DNA of 62,048 nt, filler included, from Anaerolineae bacterium (GCA_029262755.1; 6 parts of 6 records of this genome joined end to end with filler, not necessarily neighbours in it), one strand, 5' to 3'. Positions 1-10,063 are shown, numbered from the whole stretch's first letter. Numbers and translations: made by a program. Notes: generated by a model from the sequence alone, not told the origin.

Positions 1-3000
1 GCCGTACGTGGCCCGTCGTTGTAGACCGTGATCCGGTAGCTGTAGAGCTCGCCGACACCCGGTGTCGGGTCGAGCGCTTCCTTGAGGATCCGTAGGTCCG
101 CTTCGTTGCGTAGCGCGACCTCGGTCTGGGCGTCATCGGTATCGTTGCTGCCGTTCGGGTCGTCCGTCGCCGTATCGACCTCGACGTTGTTGGTGATCAC
201 CGTGAAGTCGGGGACGCCGCCGTCGATGTTCACCGTGATGCTGATGTTGACCGTCACGCCCGCGGGAACCGTCCCTAGGTCGCATTCCACGACGTCGGTG
301 GACACCTCGCTGCAGGTCGCGCCGACGGCGCCGACGTAGCTGACCTCGGTGGGCAGGGTGTCCGTAACGAACACACCCACCGCGTCGGAGGGGCCGTTGT
401 TGGTCACGGCCAGCATGTAGACGATCTGCTGGCCCGGTTCGGCCATGGCCGGCGCGGTCTTCACGACGGCCAGATCGGCCTGCGTGCCTACGGTCACCGT
501 CTCGTCGTCGTCGTCGTTGCCGCCGTCGGGATCATCGGAGGTCGTGGTGACCGTCGCCGTGTTTGTGATCAGGGTACCGTCTGGCACGCTCGCGTCTACT
601 TCGACGACGATGGAGAAGCTCGTGGCCGCCCCGGGAGCCATGTCGCCGAGCGCGCAGGTCAGGGTGCCCACGGGCGCTTGGACGCAGCCGCCCGTGTCCG
701 ATACGTAGTTCAGCCCCGCGGGCAGCACGTCGACCACGGTCACGTCCGTCGCGGTGGACGGGCCGCCGTTGACGACGTCGATCGTGAAGGCGAAGGTCGT
801 GCCGGCCAGCGGCGTCGGGTTGCTCGCAGTCTTGAGCACCCGCACGTCCGCCACCGCCTCGACCGTCGTCGATTCGGAGTCGGTGTTGTTGGCCGGATTG
901 GCATCGTCGGAGTCGGAATCGGCCGTGGCGCTGTTGATCAGCACGCTGCCGTCCGGCACGTCATGAGCGACGTCGACGACGATGTCGAAGGAGGTCGATG
1001 CGCCGGCGGCCAGATCACCGAGCGAGCAGGTCAGAGTGCCCACGGGCGCTTGGACGCAGCCGCCCGTGCTCGATACGAAGCTCACACCGGCAGGCAGCGT
1101 ATCCACCACGACCACGTTGGCCGCATCCGAAGGACCGTTGTTCTGCACTTGCACCGTGTAGGTCAGCACCGTGCCGGCCGCCACGGGATCGACGGCGTCG
1201 GTCTTGGTGGTCACGAGGTCGCTGCGGCGCTCGATCGTGACGGGATCGTCATCGTTGTTGTTGCTCGGGTTCGGGTCGTTGGTCGTGCCCGTCACGGACG
1301 CGTCGTTGACAAGCAGCGCGCCGTCGGCGAGGTCGGCGTCGAGCAGGACCGTGATCTGGAAGCTCATCGAGCCGCCCGAAGGCAGGTCGGGGAGCGCGCA
1401 GGACAGCGCCCCGCTGGCCGGCGGTGCTTCCACGCAACCACCCGTGCTGGATACGAAGCTCATGCCGGCGGGCAACTGGTCGGTGACCACGATGCCCGTC
1501 GCACCCGAGGGTCCGTTGTTCTGGACCGAGATGTTGTAGGTCATCTCTGCGCCTGCAACCGCGTTGCCCAGCGCTGTCTTGGTGATCGCCAGGTCCGCGC
1601 GACGGCGCACCGTCGTCGTATCGTCGGTGTCGTTGTTGGTCGGATCCGGATCCGGGGTCGAGGCGCTCACGGTGGCGCTATTGGTCAGCACCTGGCCGTC
1701 CGCGGCGCCGTCGTCAACGCGTAGTCGGATCGTGAAGGCCGTGGAGCCGCCCGCGGGCACCGTGCCCACCGCGCAGGTCAGCACGCCCGTTCCGCCCGGC
1801 GCGACGCCAACGCATGCCGCGCCGCTGGACGAGACGTAGGTGGTGCCGACCGGTGTCGGGTCGGTGACCGTGACGCCCTGGGCGTCGCTCGGACCGTCGT
1901 TGAAGACCGTGACCGTCCAGTCGAACGCGACGCCGGGGAAGACCTCGGCCGGGGCGCTCTTTGCCACGCGCAGATCGGCACGTGCCACGACGTCGACCGT
2001 CACGTCGTCGTCGTTGTCGTCGGGATCGGGATCGGTCGAGCCCGGGCCGCTGACCACCGCGCTGTTGCTGACCGTCGCGCCGTTGGGCAGCGACGGGTCA
2101 ACCGTGACGTAGATCTCAAAGACCTTGAATGCACCCGCCGCAATCGCGCCGAGCTGACAGGTCAGGATGCCGCTGCCGCCCACCGGCACGCCGGAGCACA
2201 CAGCCCCGCTTGCGCCCACGTAGGCCACGTCCGGCGAAAGTGTATCCACCACCTGCACGGCGGGCACGTCGCTCGGCCCGTCGTTATACGCGGTGAGCGT
2301 GTAGGTCAGACGCTCGCCCGCGGTCACCGGATCGGGCGTGGCGGTCTTGGTCAGCCACAGATCCGCCTCGGCGACCACGAACACGTCTTCTTCGTCGATG
2401 TTGTTTGACGGATCGGGATCGTCGGTGTTGCTGAAGACCTCGGCGATGTTGTCCAGCCGCGTGCCGGGCGGCACGGAGGACGGGATATCGACCGTGATCT
2501 GAACGGCCACGGAATCGCCCGCGTCGAGCGCGTTGATGAAGCAGCTCACGCGGTCGGTGCCGAAGAGCTGGCAGATGTCGGGCCGGCTCGTGGCGACGAA
2601 GACCACCTCCGGCGGCAGGTCGTCGAAGAACGTCACGCCCACGATGTCCGAAGGGCCGTCGTTGAAGGCCTCGACGGTGTACACGAGCGACGTGCCTGCG
2701 GCGGGTGTCGGATCGGACGCGGTCTTTACGATGCGCAGATCAGCGCGCTTGACCACGGTCACGTCGTCGTCGTCGCTGTTGTTGGACGGATCGTCGTCGA
2801 AGCTGCCCGGCACGGTCACGCTGGCGAAGTTGATCAGCGCGGTGCCCGTGGCCAGATCCGCGTCGAGGCGCGCGGTGATGAAGAAGACCTCGTTGTCGCC
2901 GGAGGCCAGCGGTCCTACGGTGCAGGTCAGCCGTTCCGGATCGGTACCGGAAGGCACGCAGCTGTCCGTATCGCTGATGTAGCTGACGCCGGGCGGCAGA

Positions 3001-3127
3001 TCGTCGGTGACGATCGCCTCGTCGACATCGTCCGGACCGTTGTTCGTAACGGTCAAGGAGTAGGTCACGTCCTCGCCGGCGGCCGGCATGTCGTTCAAGG
3101 CCACCTTTTCGATGCTGACATCGGCCA
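1..3127 (-). repeat. Array of DUF11-like Ig-fold repeats (~125 aa each; 8 complete plus the start of a 9th)
   Basis: Repeat heads ADVSIEK, ADLRIVK, ADLWLTK, ADLRVAK, ADLAITK, SDLVTTK, ADVRVLK, ADLAVVK and ADLRILK occur about 370-390 nt apart. Each complete repeat has an NxGP motif and a Cys pair. Confidence 0.88.
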
Positions 3128-6100
3128 TCGTGAAGGGGATGTCGATGGGGCGCTTGTTGACGTAGAGGTCGTCGTCCTCGGCCGGGTCGTAGAAGATCTT
3201 GACGCGCACCGTCTCTGTCAGGCTGCAGCGGGCGTCGAAGAAGGGCACGATGTCCTGGATGCCGTTGGCATCCGCATCGAGGATGGGCGGATCGAAGCGG
3301 TTGACGGCCGGGATGAGCGCGGGGTCCCAGGTTGCCGCTGCGTCACGGACGTCGCTATGGCCCAACTGCGGCGGGAACTCCTCGTCGTCGAAGGGTCCGG
3401 GCTCGTCGCGGGTGCAGCCGTAGAAGGCCAGGCGGCTGACCTCGCTGCGCCAGTTGAGGGTCAGCAGGTAGGTCTGGCCCTCGGGCAGCGCGATCTCGGT
3501 GTAGTCACCCGGCGTGACGGCTTGCTGATGGGTCTCCCAGCCGTCCTCGGTGAAGAAGCCGGTGCCCGCACCCGGCCGGTAGGTCTCGCGCAGCTCGTGC
3601 GCGAAGCGCAGCTCGGGCTCCTCTTCGACGATCGTCTCGACCAGCGGCTCCGCGGCGGAAAGTGCGCCGACGCATGCGTCGTAGAAGTTGAGGTTGGCAA
3701 ACTCATTGGCCTCGATGCGCTCCACGTCCTCGACCCGTGTGTGGTCGACGTTGAAGGGCGGCATCACGCTCATCTCGGGCGGCAGCCCGTCCAGGAAATA
3801 GCCCTGCTGGAAGAGTGAGTCCTGGGGGTTGAAGAAGTTGCCCTTCGGGACGGGCGTGCGGATCGTGAGGAAGCTGAAGCGGTCGTTGCACTCGGCGGGA
3901 TCCGTCGGATCGGCGCCCGGCGTCGTGCGGGTCATGAGCGCGACCACGTTGTACTCGTGGCCGTCGACGTAGAAGCGCTTGAGGTACCACGGGTCGCCCG
4001 GCGTCAGGTCGTGGTTGCCCATCCCGTCGTCGACCGCGGAGTGGCTCGCACCGAGGGCGCGGCCCACGGTGAGCGTCACGCGCTCGCCGGTCTCCGAGAC
4101 GTCTTCCACAAATGCGAACCACGCGCCGTCGGTCAGCCCGGCATTGGTCTCACCGGGCTCGATGACGCGGATGCTGTCTTGGTGCCGATCCACCACCGCC
4201 ACCGCTCCGACGGGCAGCGTGCGCAAGCCCACGGACTCCGGCACGGCGTTGGCGATCGAGCCGCCCGTGAAGTAGAAGCGTAGTTGGGCCCGCGCGTTCG
4301 AGCCGCCGGTGATGTTCTCGACGACCACGAGGTGATCGAGGAACATCGCCGCATGGCCTTCCGGCGTCGCGTCGTTGGTGTCAAGCGTGAGGCTCTCGGC
4401 CTGGAGAACGATCATCTCGTTGCCGTTGAGGCTCAGGCAATCGGCATCCAGCGTATCGGTGACGAAGCCGTCGCCGTCGAAGTCGACCATGGCGCCCGGC
4501 AGCGGGATCACGGGGATGCCGACCGGCGGCTGCGGCCGGTTGGCGGCGAAGGTGCTCGAGAAGTACACGTTGGCCGACGCCTCTGTGTGCAGGCTCACGG
4601 CCTCGGGGAAGCCGTCGAAGTCGGCGTCAAAGCCGGTCAGGCCGTGGCCGAACTCGCCGCCGGCGGGCAGCGTGCCGCCGCGGTTGGGCATCGGCAACTC
4701 TGCGGCGCCGGTCGAGATCGGGAAGCCCAGACGGCTGCCCGGTACCGGCACGGCGATCGGGTTGTCCGTCGTGTCCATCATCAAGTACGTGAACTCCTGC
4801 ACGATGGCAGGGAAGCTCAGGTCCGTGTCGCAATCGTCGAAGTCGCGGATCTTGGTCACGTACTCTGGCTGGTACCACAAGCGGTGGTAGACCTTCTCGC
4901 GGGCGTTCATCGACATATTCGAAAGCTGCTGGTAGAGCAGGCGTAGCGGCTCGCCGAAGTTGCGGAACTCGTCCATGTAGGCCGGGTTGAAGGTCAGCAG
5001 ATCGCCGCGCGGCGCGTCGGGCGCCTGGGGGTTGAAGGGCGCGAACGGATCGGTGTAGGGCGCCGTCTCAACCGGGAAGCCGGCAACATCCGTGGCGAGC
5101 ACGTCGCCCGCGCCGAACACGATGTCGGGGCGAGATCCGGCGTCCGTGCAATCACCGTCGGGGCAACGCGGCCAGCCGCCGTGCACGCGTACGCCGTCCT
5201 GGCTGGTGTAGATCGGATCCATGCGGTCCGGGTCGTAGACGAAGCCCGCCCGCATCGGGGAGCCGTACTGACCCGAGTCATCGTCGAAGAGGGCGCTGTC
5301 GTCCACCAGGTCCGGTGGCGGCGGCGGCACATCGTCGGGTACGTCATCGTCCGGCTGTGACCACAGGCGGCCGCGCGAGGTCGGGTTGGTGAAGCCGGTC
5401 GTTACGTTGTAGGCATCCGGATCGCAGCCGTCGAAGCGCGTCTGGTCGGGCAGGTAGAACTCCGTGAAGTTCCACGGTCGCGTCCACATCTGCTCGTTGA
5501 AGAAAAAGGGCTCCGTGTCGGGCGGGTCGAGCGCAAGGGGATCGACCGCGCCGTACTTTTCGCGTAGCTGACCAAGCAGCTGCGGGTTCACGTCCTCGTC
5601 GATGTAGAACCAGTGGCTGGCCAGGTAATCCTCGAAGGTGTTGTAGGGCCCCACCGGGTTGGCCGGGTCGCGACCGATGTAGGAGATGCCGTCCGCGTCG
5701 GACAGGACAGGCGGCACGGGGCCGACCGGGCCGCCCATGTACAGAATGTTGGGCCGCGGTTCGAACTGGAAGAAGTTCGGATCGACGCCCTCCACGGGGC
5801 AGGGTCCGATCTCCTCGTCCGGAACGACCACCACGTCTTCGAGAATCGTGTGCTCGTGGTTGAAGGGCGGCGGCAGGACCAACGACGCCTGCTCGGCGTA
5901 GGGCTGCAAGCGTACGGAGTGCTGCTCGATGGTCACCGGCACCTTGGGCAGCGGCGCGCGAAGGGTGATGTACTGGATCTCGGTCGGGGAGCAGGTCTGG
6001 ATGCCGACCACGTTGTACTCGTGGCCGTCCACATAGAAGCGCTTGAGGTGCCACGGCGCCCCGGGCGAGAGGTTTGCTGTGTTGGGCGTGGACTCCATCG

Positions 6101-7511
6101 AGGCGCAGGGCGCGCCGAGCGCGCGACCGACGATGACCGTGGCGGTGTTGTCGCCCGGATCCGTCGCGTCGAGGTATACGAACCACGGGCCGCGCGGCAT
6201 GCTGCCCAGGTTGTTGCCCCCCGGGCCGATGCGGTCCTGCACGGGGATCGGGCCTACATCGCCGGCCAGCGCGGCGGAGCCCTCGCCCAGCGCGAGCGTC
6301 GCGACGAGGCGCGGCTGGAGGTCACCGTTGTACCAGACCTCGAGCGTGGCCGAGTTGTCGCTCGCCGCACGCAAGCGCACGAAGTGGTCGAGGAACTGCA
6401 GCATGCCGTCGCGACCGATCGTCGTGGCGTCGGTGTGCATCACGACCATCGCGTCACAGGAGAGCGGGCCGGCCGGGTCCAGGTCATCGATGATGCTGTC
6501 GCCGTCGAAGTCGATCGTCAGCCCGAGCGTGTCGGCCAGCTCCCGCTCGCTGGTGACGTTGACCATGTCGATCGCGCCGTCGAAGTCCACATCGAGGCTG
6601 GTAAGGCCCTGACCCTCGGCGGGACCGAGCGGGTCCGTTGCGGGCGCGAAGGTGCCGACCGGGAAGATCCAGCGGGTCGCGCCCGCCTCACCACATGCAG
6701 GGCGCGGCGCCTGGTCGTCCACCTCGTCCCCTTCGGGGTCGGGCAGCGGCAGCTCGTTCTCGGTGAGGATGTACGTGAGCTCCGTCATGATCGCCGGATA
6801 CCACTCGTCGCGGTTCGTCGGACGCGGGTTGACCGGCGCATCGGGCACGCCGTCGCCGTTGGCGTCGGTCAGGCAGTCATCGGCGTTGAGGTCCTTGTCC
6901 AGGTGGGTCGGCTCGTACCAATGACGCAGCCAAACTTTCTCCGCTGCGTTCACACCGCCTGCCCGGATGTTACTCGCCGCGCTCACCTCGTCGAGTCCGT
7001 TCGCACAGGCCCAGTCGTCCTGTACGCCGTTCTCGCCGAGGCGCTCGCTGATCCATGCCGGGTCCCAGGTCACGAAGTCGAAGTCCGGCGCCTCCGCGGA
7101 GCGCGGGCTGAAGGGGCCGCGCGGGTCCGTGTAGGGCGGATCCTCGGGCACGCGGCCCGTGTTCGGATCCGTCACGGTGTCGGAGCCCGCCGTCGCCGGT
7201 CGGTTCGCCTGACCCTCGATGCAGCTGTCGCACACCACCGTGTCGCCGTAGAGGCGCAGCGTGGTCAGCTCCGGCAAGCCTGCCTGTTGGGCGGGCGCCA
7301 GTGCGGGCGACATGTTGGGCGAAGCGGCGGGCGCGCCGGCCGGCGCCGTTGCCGGCGCATGCGCCGGGGCGGCGGAGGCCTGCCCAACCCACAGCCCGGC
7401 CAGACCGCAGGCCGCGAGCGTGATCGCCGTCACGAACGTCGGAGAGCCCAGGGCGCGGCGTGCGCGCCTAAGGGCGTGGAAGCACCGATCCAAGGGACGG
7501 TTGCGATTCAT
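1..7511 (-). CDS. Giant secreted surface protein (>2500 aa, runs off the window at its 3' end): signal peptide, two tandem ~690-aa acidic domains, then at least 9 DUF11-like repeats
   Basis: ATG at 7511-7509 with GAGGAG just upstream. The frame reads open to position 1 (ends ...YNDGPRT), so it has no stop and is absent from the ORF track. The N-terminus has basic residues then a hydrophobic stretch (FVTAITLAACGLAGLWVGQASAA). DUF11-type repeats follow the pattern ADLxxxK...YTxxVxNxGPSxA..VxDxLP..C......C...N.A.V....DP...NN. Confidence 0.9.
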   Translation of the reverse strand, partial: MNRNRPLDRCFHALRRARRALGSPTFVTAITLAACGLAGLWVGQASAAPAHAPATAPAGAPAASPNMSPALAPAQQAGLPELTTLRLYGDTVVCDSCIEGQANRPATAGSDTVTDPNTGRVPEDPPYTDPRGPFSPRSAEAPDFDFVTWDPAWISERLGENGVQDDWACANGLDEVSAASNIRAGGVNAAEKVWLRHWYEPTHLDKDLNADDCLTDANGDGVPDAPVNPRPTNRDEWYPAIMTELTYILTENELPLPDPEGDEVDDQAPRPACGEAGATRWIFPVGTFAPATDPLGPAEGQGLTSLDVDFDGAIDMVNVTSERELADTLGLTIDFDGDSIIDDLDPAGPLSCDAMVVMHTDATTIGRDGMLQFLDHFVRLRAASDNSATLEVWYNGDLQPRLVATLALGEGSAALAGDVGPIPVQDRIGPGGNNLGSMPRGPWFVYLDATDPGDNTATVIVGRALGAPCASMESTPNTANLSPGAPWHLKRFYVDGHEYNVVGIQTCSPTEIQYITLRAPLPKVPVTIEQHSVRLQPYAEQASLVLPPPFNHEHTILEDVVVVPDEEIGPCPVEGVDPNFFQFEPRPNILYMGGPVGPVPPVLSDADGISYIGRDPANPVGPYNTFEDYLASHWFYIDEDVNPQLLGQLREKYGAVDPLALDPPDTEPFFFNEQMWTRPWNFTEFYLPDQTRFDGCDPDAYNVTTGFTNPTSRGRLWSQPDDDVPDDVPPPPPDLVDDSALFDDDSGQYGSPMRAGFVYDPDRMDPIYTSQDGVRVHGGWPRCPDGDCTDAGSRPDIVFGAGDVLATDVAGFPVETAPYTDPFAPFNPQAPDAPRGDLLTFNPAYMDEFRNFGEPLRLLYQQLSNMSMNAREKVYHRLWYQPEYVTKIRDFDDCDTDLSFPAIVQEFTYLMMDTTDNPIAVPVPGSRLGFPISTGAAELPMPNRGGTLPAGGEFGHGLTGFDADFDGFPEAVSLHTEASANVYFSSTFAANRPQPPVGIPVIPLPGAMVDFDGDGFVTDTLDADCLSLNGNEMIVLQAESLTLDTNDATPEGHAAMFLDHLVVVENITGGSNARAQLRFYFTGGSIANAVPESVGLRTLPVGAVAVVDRHQDSIRVIEPGETNAGLTDGAWFAFVEDVSETGERVTLTVGRALGASHSAVDDGMGNHDLTPGDPWYLKRFYVDGHEYNVVALMTRTTPGADPTDPAECNDRFSFLTIRTPVPKGNFFNPQDSLFQQGYFLDGLPPEMSVMPPFNVDHTRVEDVERIEANEFANLNFYDACVGALSAAEPLVETIVEEEPELRFAHELRETYRPGAGTGFFTEDGWETHQQAVTPGDYTEIALPEGQTYLLTLNWRSEVSRLAFYGCTRDEPGPFDDEEFPPQLGHSDVRDAAATWDPALIPAVNRFDPPILDADANGIQDIVPFFDARCSLTETVRVKIFYDPAEDDDLYVNKRPIDIPFTMADVSIEKVALNDMPAAGEDVTYSLTVTNNGPDDVDEAIVTDDLPPGVSYISDTDSCVPSGTDPERLTCTVGPLASGDNEVFFITARLDADLATGTALINFASVTVPGSFDDDPSNNSDDDDVTVVKRADLRIVKTASDPTPAAGTSLVYTVEAFNDGPSDIVGVTFFDDLPPEVVFVATSRPDICQLFGTDRVSCFINALDAGDSVAVQITVDIPSSVPPGTRLDNIAEVFSNTDDPDPSNNIDEEDVFVVAEADLWLTKTATPDPVTAGERLTYTLTAYNDGPSDVPAVQVVDTLSPDVAYVGASGAVCSGVPVGGSGILTCQLGAIAAGAFKVFEIYVTVDPSLPNGATVSNSAVVSGPGSTDPDPDDNDDDVTVDVVARADLRVAKSAPAEVFPGVAFDWTVTVFNDGPSDAQGVTVTDPTPVGTTYVSSSGAACVGVAPGGTGVLTCAVGTVPAGGSTAFTIRLRVDDGAADGQVLTNSATVSASTPDPDPTNNDTDDTTTVRRRADLAITKTALGNAVAGAEMTYNISVQNNGPSGATGIVVTDQLPAGMSFVSSTGGCVEAPPASGALSCALPDLPSGGSMSFQITVLLDADLADGALLVNDASVTGTTNDPNPSNNNDDDPVTIERRSDLVTTKTDAVDPVAAGTVLTYTVQVQNNGPSDAANVVVVDTLPAGVSFVSSTGGCVQAPVGTLTCSLGDLAAGASTSFDIVVDVAHDVPDGSVLINSATADSDSDDANPANNTDSESTTVEAVADVRVLKTASNPTPLAGTTFAFTIDVVNGGPSTATDVTVVDVLPAGLNYVSDTGGCVQAPVGTLTCALGDMAPGAATSFSIVVEVDASVPDGTLITNTATVTTTSDDPDGGNDDDDETVTVGTQADLAVVKTAPAMAEPGQQIVYMLAVTNNGPSDAVGVFVTDTLPTEVSYVGAVGATCSEVSTDVVECDLGTVPAGVTVNISITVNIDGGVPDFTVITNNVEVDTATDDPNGSNDTDDAQTEVALRNEADLRILKEALDPTPGVGELYSYRITVYNDGPRT

Positions 7512-7922
7512 GCTCGACTCCTCGACCGCGACTGGCGGTCCGATCCCGCGAGACGCGCCGTAGTTACGGCGGCCCCAAAGTGCGGGCGACAATCCAAACC
7601 GGCCATACAGGGCGATCACCCAAGCATCAGGTGACGGCGTCGAATGGCTGGACAGCGGCTGTGTGGGGGTTGTCGTGGGCGAGGAGGAGATGAGCATGGG
7701 CCGCTCATCCGCTGCCAAGCATACCAGCTAACAGAGCGGGACTCCAGCGCCCGCGCGATATTCCCCCGGTCATGCAACAGCGAATGACGCGCGGCGTTCT
7801 CAGCAGATACTTAAGGTTGCCGTCGGCGGCGGTGCGGCGAGCCGTCGGAATCTTCGGAATCGAATTCCTGGCGCGTCCGCGTTGCAAGCTCAACCCAGGC
7901 GACGCCCCTCCGTTTTCCCGAG

Positions 7923-7952
7923 AAAAACGGGGGGCGCCGTGGCGCCCCCCGT
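7923..7952 (-). terminator. Intrinsic terminator downstream of the 8014-10063 gene
   Basis: The minus strand reads ACGGGGGGCGC-CACG-GCGCCCCCCGT-TTTT: an 11-bp GC-rich stem followed by a U tract, about 60 nt after the stop at 8014. Confidence 0.8.
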
Positions 7953-8013
7953 CCGATGTCTCGCGTCGCGCAAGCCTCGGCTGCGCGCCCGTGCGCGCGC
8001 CGCGGCGAGACTC

Positions 8014-10063
8014 CTAGCCCTCGCCGTAGGCGGCGTAGGGCAGGTAGATACGCTCGTCGAGCCGGCCAATGTCTAGTTCCGGATACAGCATGGTGCCTTC
8101 GATGCGCACCCCGATCGCCCGTCCGGTCTTGTCGACCAGATCAGCCTTGTCGAGGCTCCATGCCCCGTCCAAATCGCCCGAACGCGGCTCGAAGGTGGCC
8201 GTCAACAACACGATCTCCCCTTCCAGCGGTGCGGCCGGCGACAATCGGGAAACCACGAAGCGAATGGCGCCCGCCGCAGGGTCGACCTGGTTGCGCGCGA
8301 AGAAGGCGTTGCCGCCGAGCATCCACGCGTCACCGGGCTTGATCTGCACACCCGGCGTGTCCAACGCATCCACGACCGCTACGCGCTCGGGATCGTAGGA
8401 CAACCGGATGTCGGTGCCGTACAGACCGCGCACACTGTTGACGATGACGTCCACCGCCACGGTGTCCTGATCCAGCGTGCGTGTGCGCAGCACCAACGGC
8501 GGACCGTCCGCATCGATGGCGTGCGATCGCGCGGCGGCCGGCATCGGCCAGTCGTTGGCGTCCGCGGCCCGCAGCGCGGTGTCTACGGCACTCAACGTGC
8601 CCGTGCTCACACCCGGCAGGCCAAGACCCAAGGTCTCATCAATTCGGCGCGTGCCCTCGTTGCCCGTGTTGCCGAAGGGAACCGGACCGGCCTTGCCGTA
8701 GTTGGAGCCCACCAGCACCAGGTCAAAGAGGTTGACCTCTCCGTCGGCCGTACAATCGGCCAGCGGATCGGCGGGCGGCATCGTGCGGTAGCTTGCGCCG
8801 ACCCGCACCAGATCGAATAGATCGACCACGCCGTCGTTGTTCGTGTCACCGCCGGGTAGCGATGTAAAGGGCAACGCGATCTGGTCGCCGGCTCCCGCCG
8901 TCGACGTTGAACGTGCGTCGAAGTAGCAACCGTTGCTGGCCTCGATCACGTGATCGCCCGCCTTGACGCCGCAGAACTCGTAGCCGCCCTGTGCGTCGGT
9001 GACCGCCACCGGCACACCGTCGAGCTTCACGAGCACGCCGCCGTGCGTCGAGCGACCCTGCAGCTCGATCGTACCGCTGTAGCAGGCCGTGCCGCCCGTC
9101 GCCGGGCCGGTGCTGCAGGTCGTGGATTGCGAATACGGCGAGGATTCGCCGGTGCTCGGGTTGTGCGCCTGCACCCGGAACGTGTAGGAGGTATCGAAGG
9201 CCAAGCCGGTGACGAGCGTGCTGTAGGTATCGCCCGTCTCGGCCGGTGTCGTGCTCGGTACGCGCGCGATCTCCGAGAAGACCCCGCCGCCCACCGAAAC
9301 CTCGACGATGAACTCGGTCTCGTACTTGGACTGATCCGTCCAACCGACCGTGATCTCGTTGCCGTCGATGTTCGTGCAGCTCACCTGCTCCGGCGCGCCG
9401 CCGGACTTCTGCCCGCGTGTCACGATGCGGGCGTCGTCGGCGTCGTTGGCCGGGTTGACGTCGGATGTCTCGGCGTCGACCTCGGCGTTGTTGACCAGGA
9501 CCGTGCCCTCGGACAACCCCGCCTCAACCCGCGCGTCGATGCGAATCGTGCGCGTGCCGCCGGCCAGGATGTCGGCCACGGCGCAGCGGAAGGCGCCGGT
9601 GGCACCGTCCTGCGCGCATGCCACGCTGCTGTCTTCAAAGGTCAGACCGTCGGGCAGCATGTCGGTGATCACGACGCCCGCGGCATCGGCCGGACCGTTG
9701 TTCTTCACCTCGATGTTGAAGGAGACCACGTCGCCCGCGAAGGGGTTGGGCACCTTGGCGCTCTTGGTGAGCGCAAGGTCGGCCGAGCTGGCAGGCATGA
9801 CCTGCAGCAGCACCGTGCTCTCGTTGTTCTCCGTGTTGGGGTCGGTAGCCGCGCCGTTGACGGTGGCGGTGTTGGCCACCGTACCCGCCGCGCCCGGGTT
9901 GACGTCCGCCGTGATCTGGATCGTCCCGAAGCCGTTGGCCGCCACGTTGCTCAAGGTACAAGCGATCGTGGGCAGGTCGCTGGTGTTGCAGCCGGCGCTG
10001 TCGGCGACGTAGGTCACGTCGGCCGGCAGTTCGTCCACCACGGTCACCGTACCGGAGGCCGAT
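8014..10063 (-). CDS. Surface protein, 5'-truncated by the contig edge: DUF11 repeats, FN3, carboxypeptidase-regulatory-like beta-sandwich, dockerin-like pair, cohesin-like domain, C-terminal IYLP motif
   Basis: DUF11 (ADLALTKSA...VKNNGPADA). FN3 (ITVGWTD...GLAFDTSYTFRVQAHN). Duplicated Ca-binding loops GDTNNDGVVDLFDLVRVGASY and ADCTADGEVNLFDLVLVGSNYG. Cohesin-like GLYGTDIRLSYDPERVAVVD. Ends RIYLPYAAYGEG. Confidence 0.85.

Noticed and set aside
678..7634. Long plus-strand ORFs (678-1724, 4284-4946, 5613-7634 and others)
   Set aside because: They are antisense shadows of the giant minus-strand gene, caused by high-GC codon bias. They are R/V/G-rich with no motifs.
1..10063. Idea that the two DUF11 genes are one gene on a circular or mis-joined contig, since both ends break at a similar repeat register
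   Set aside because: The ends (...NDGPRTA and SASGTVTVVDELP...) share no DNA overlap, and position 1 may just be the window cut. Two tandem genes is the simpler reading.
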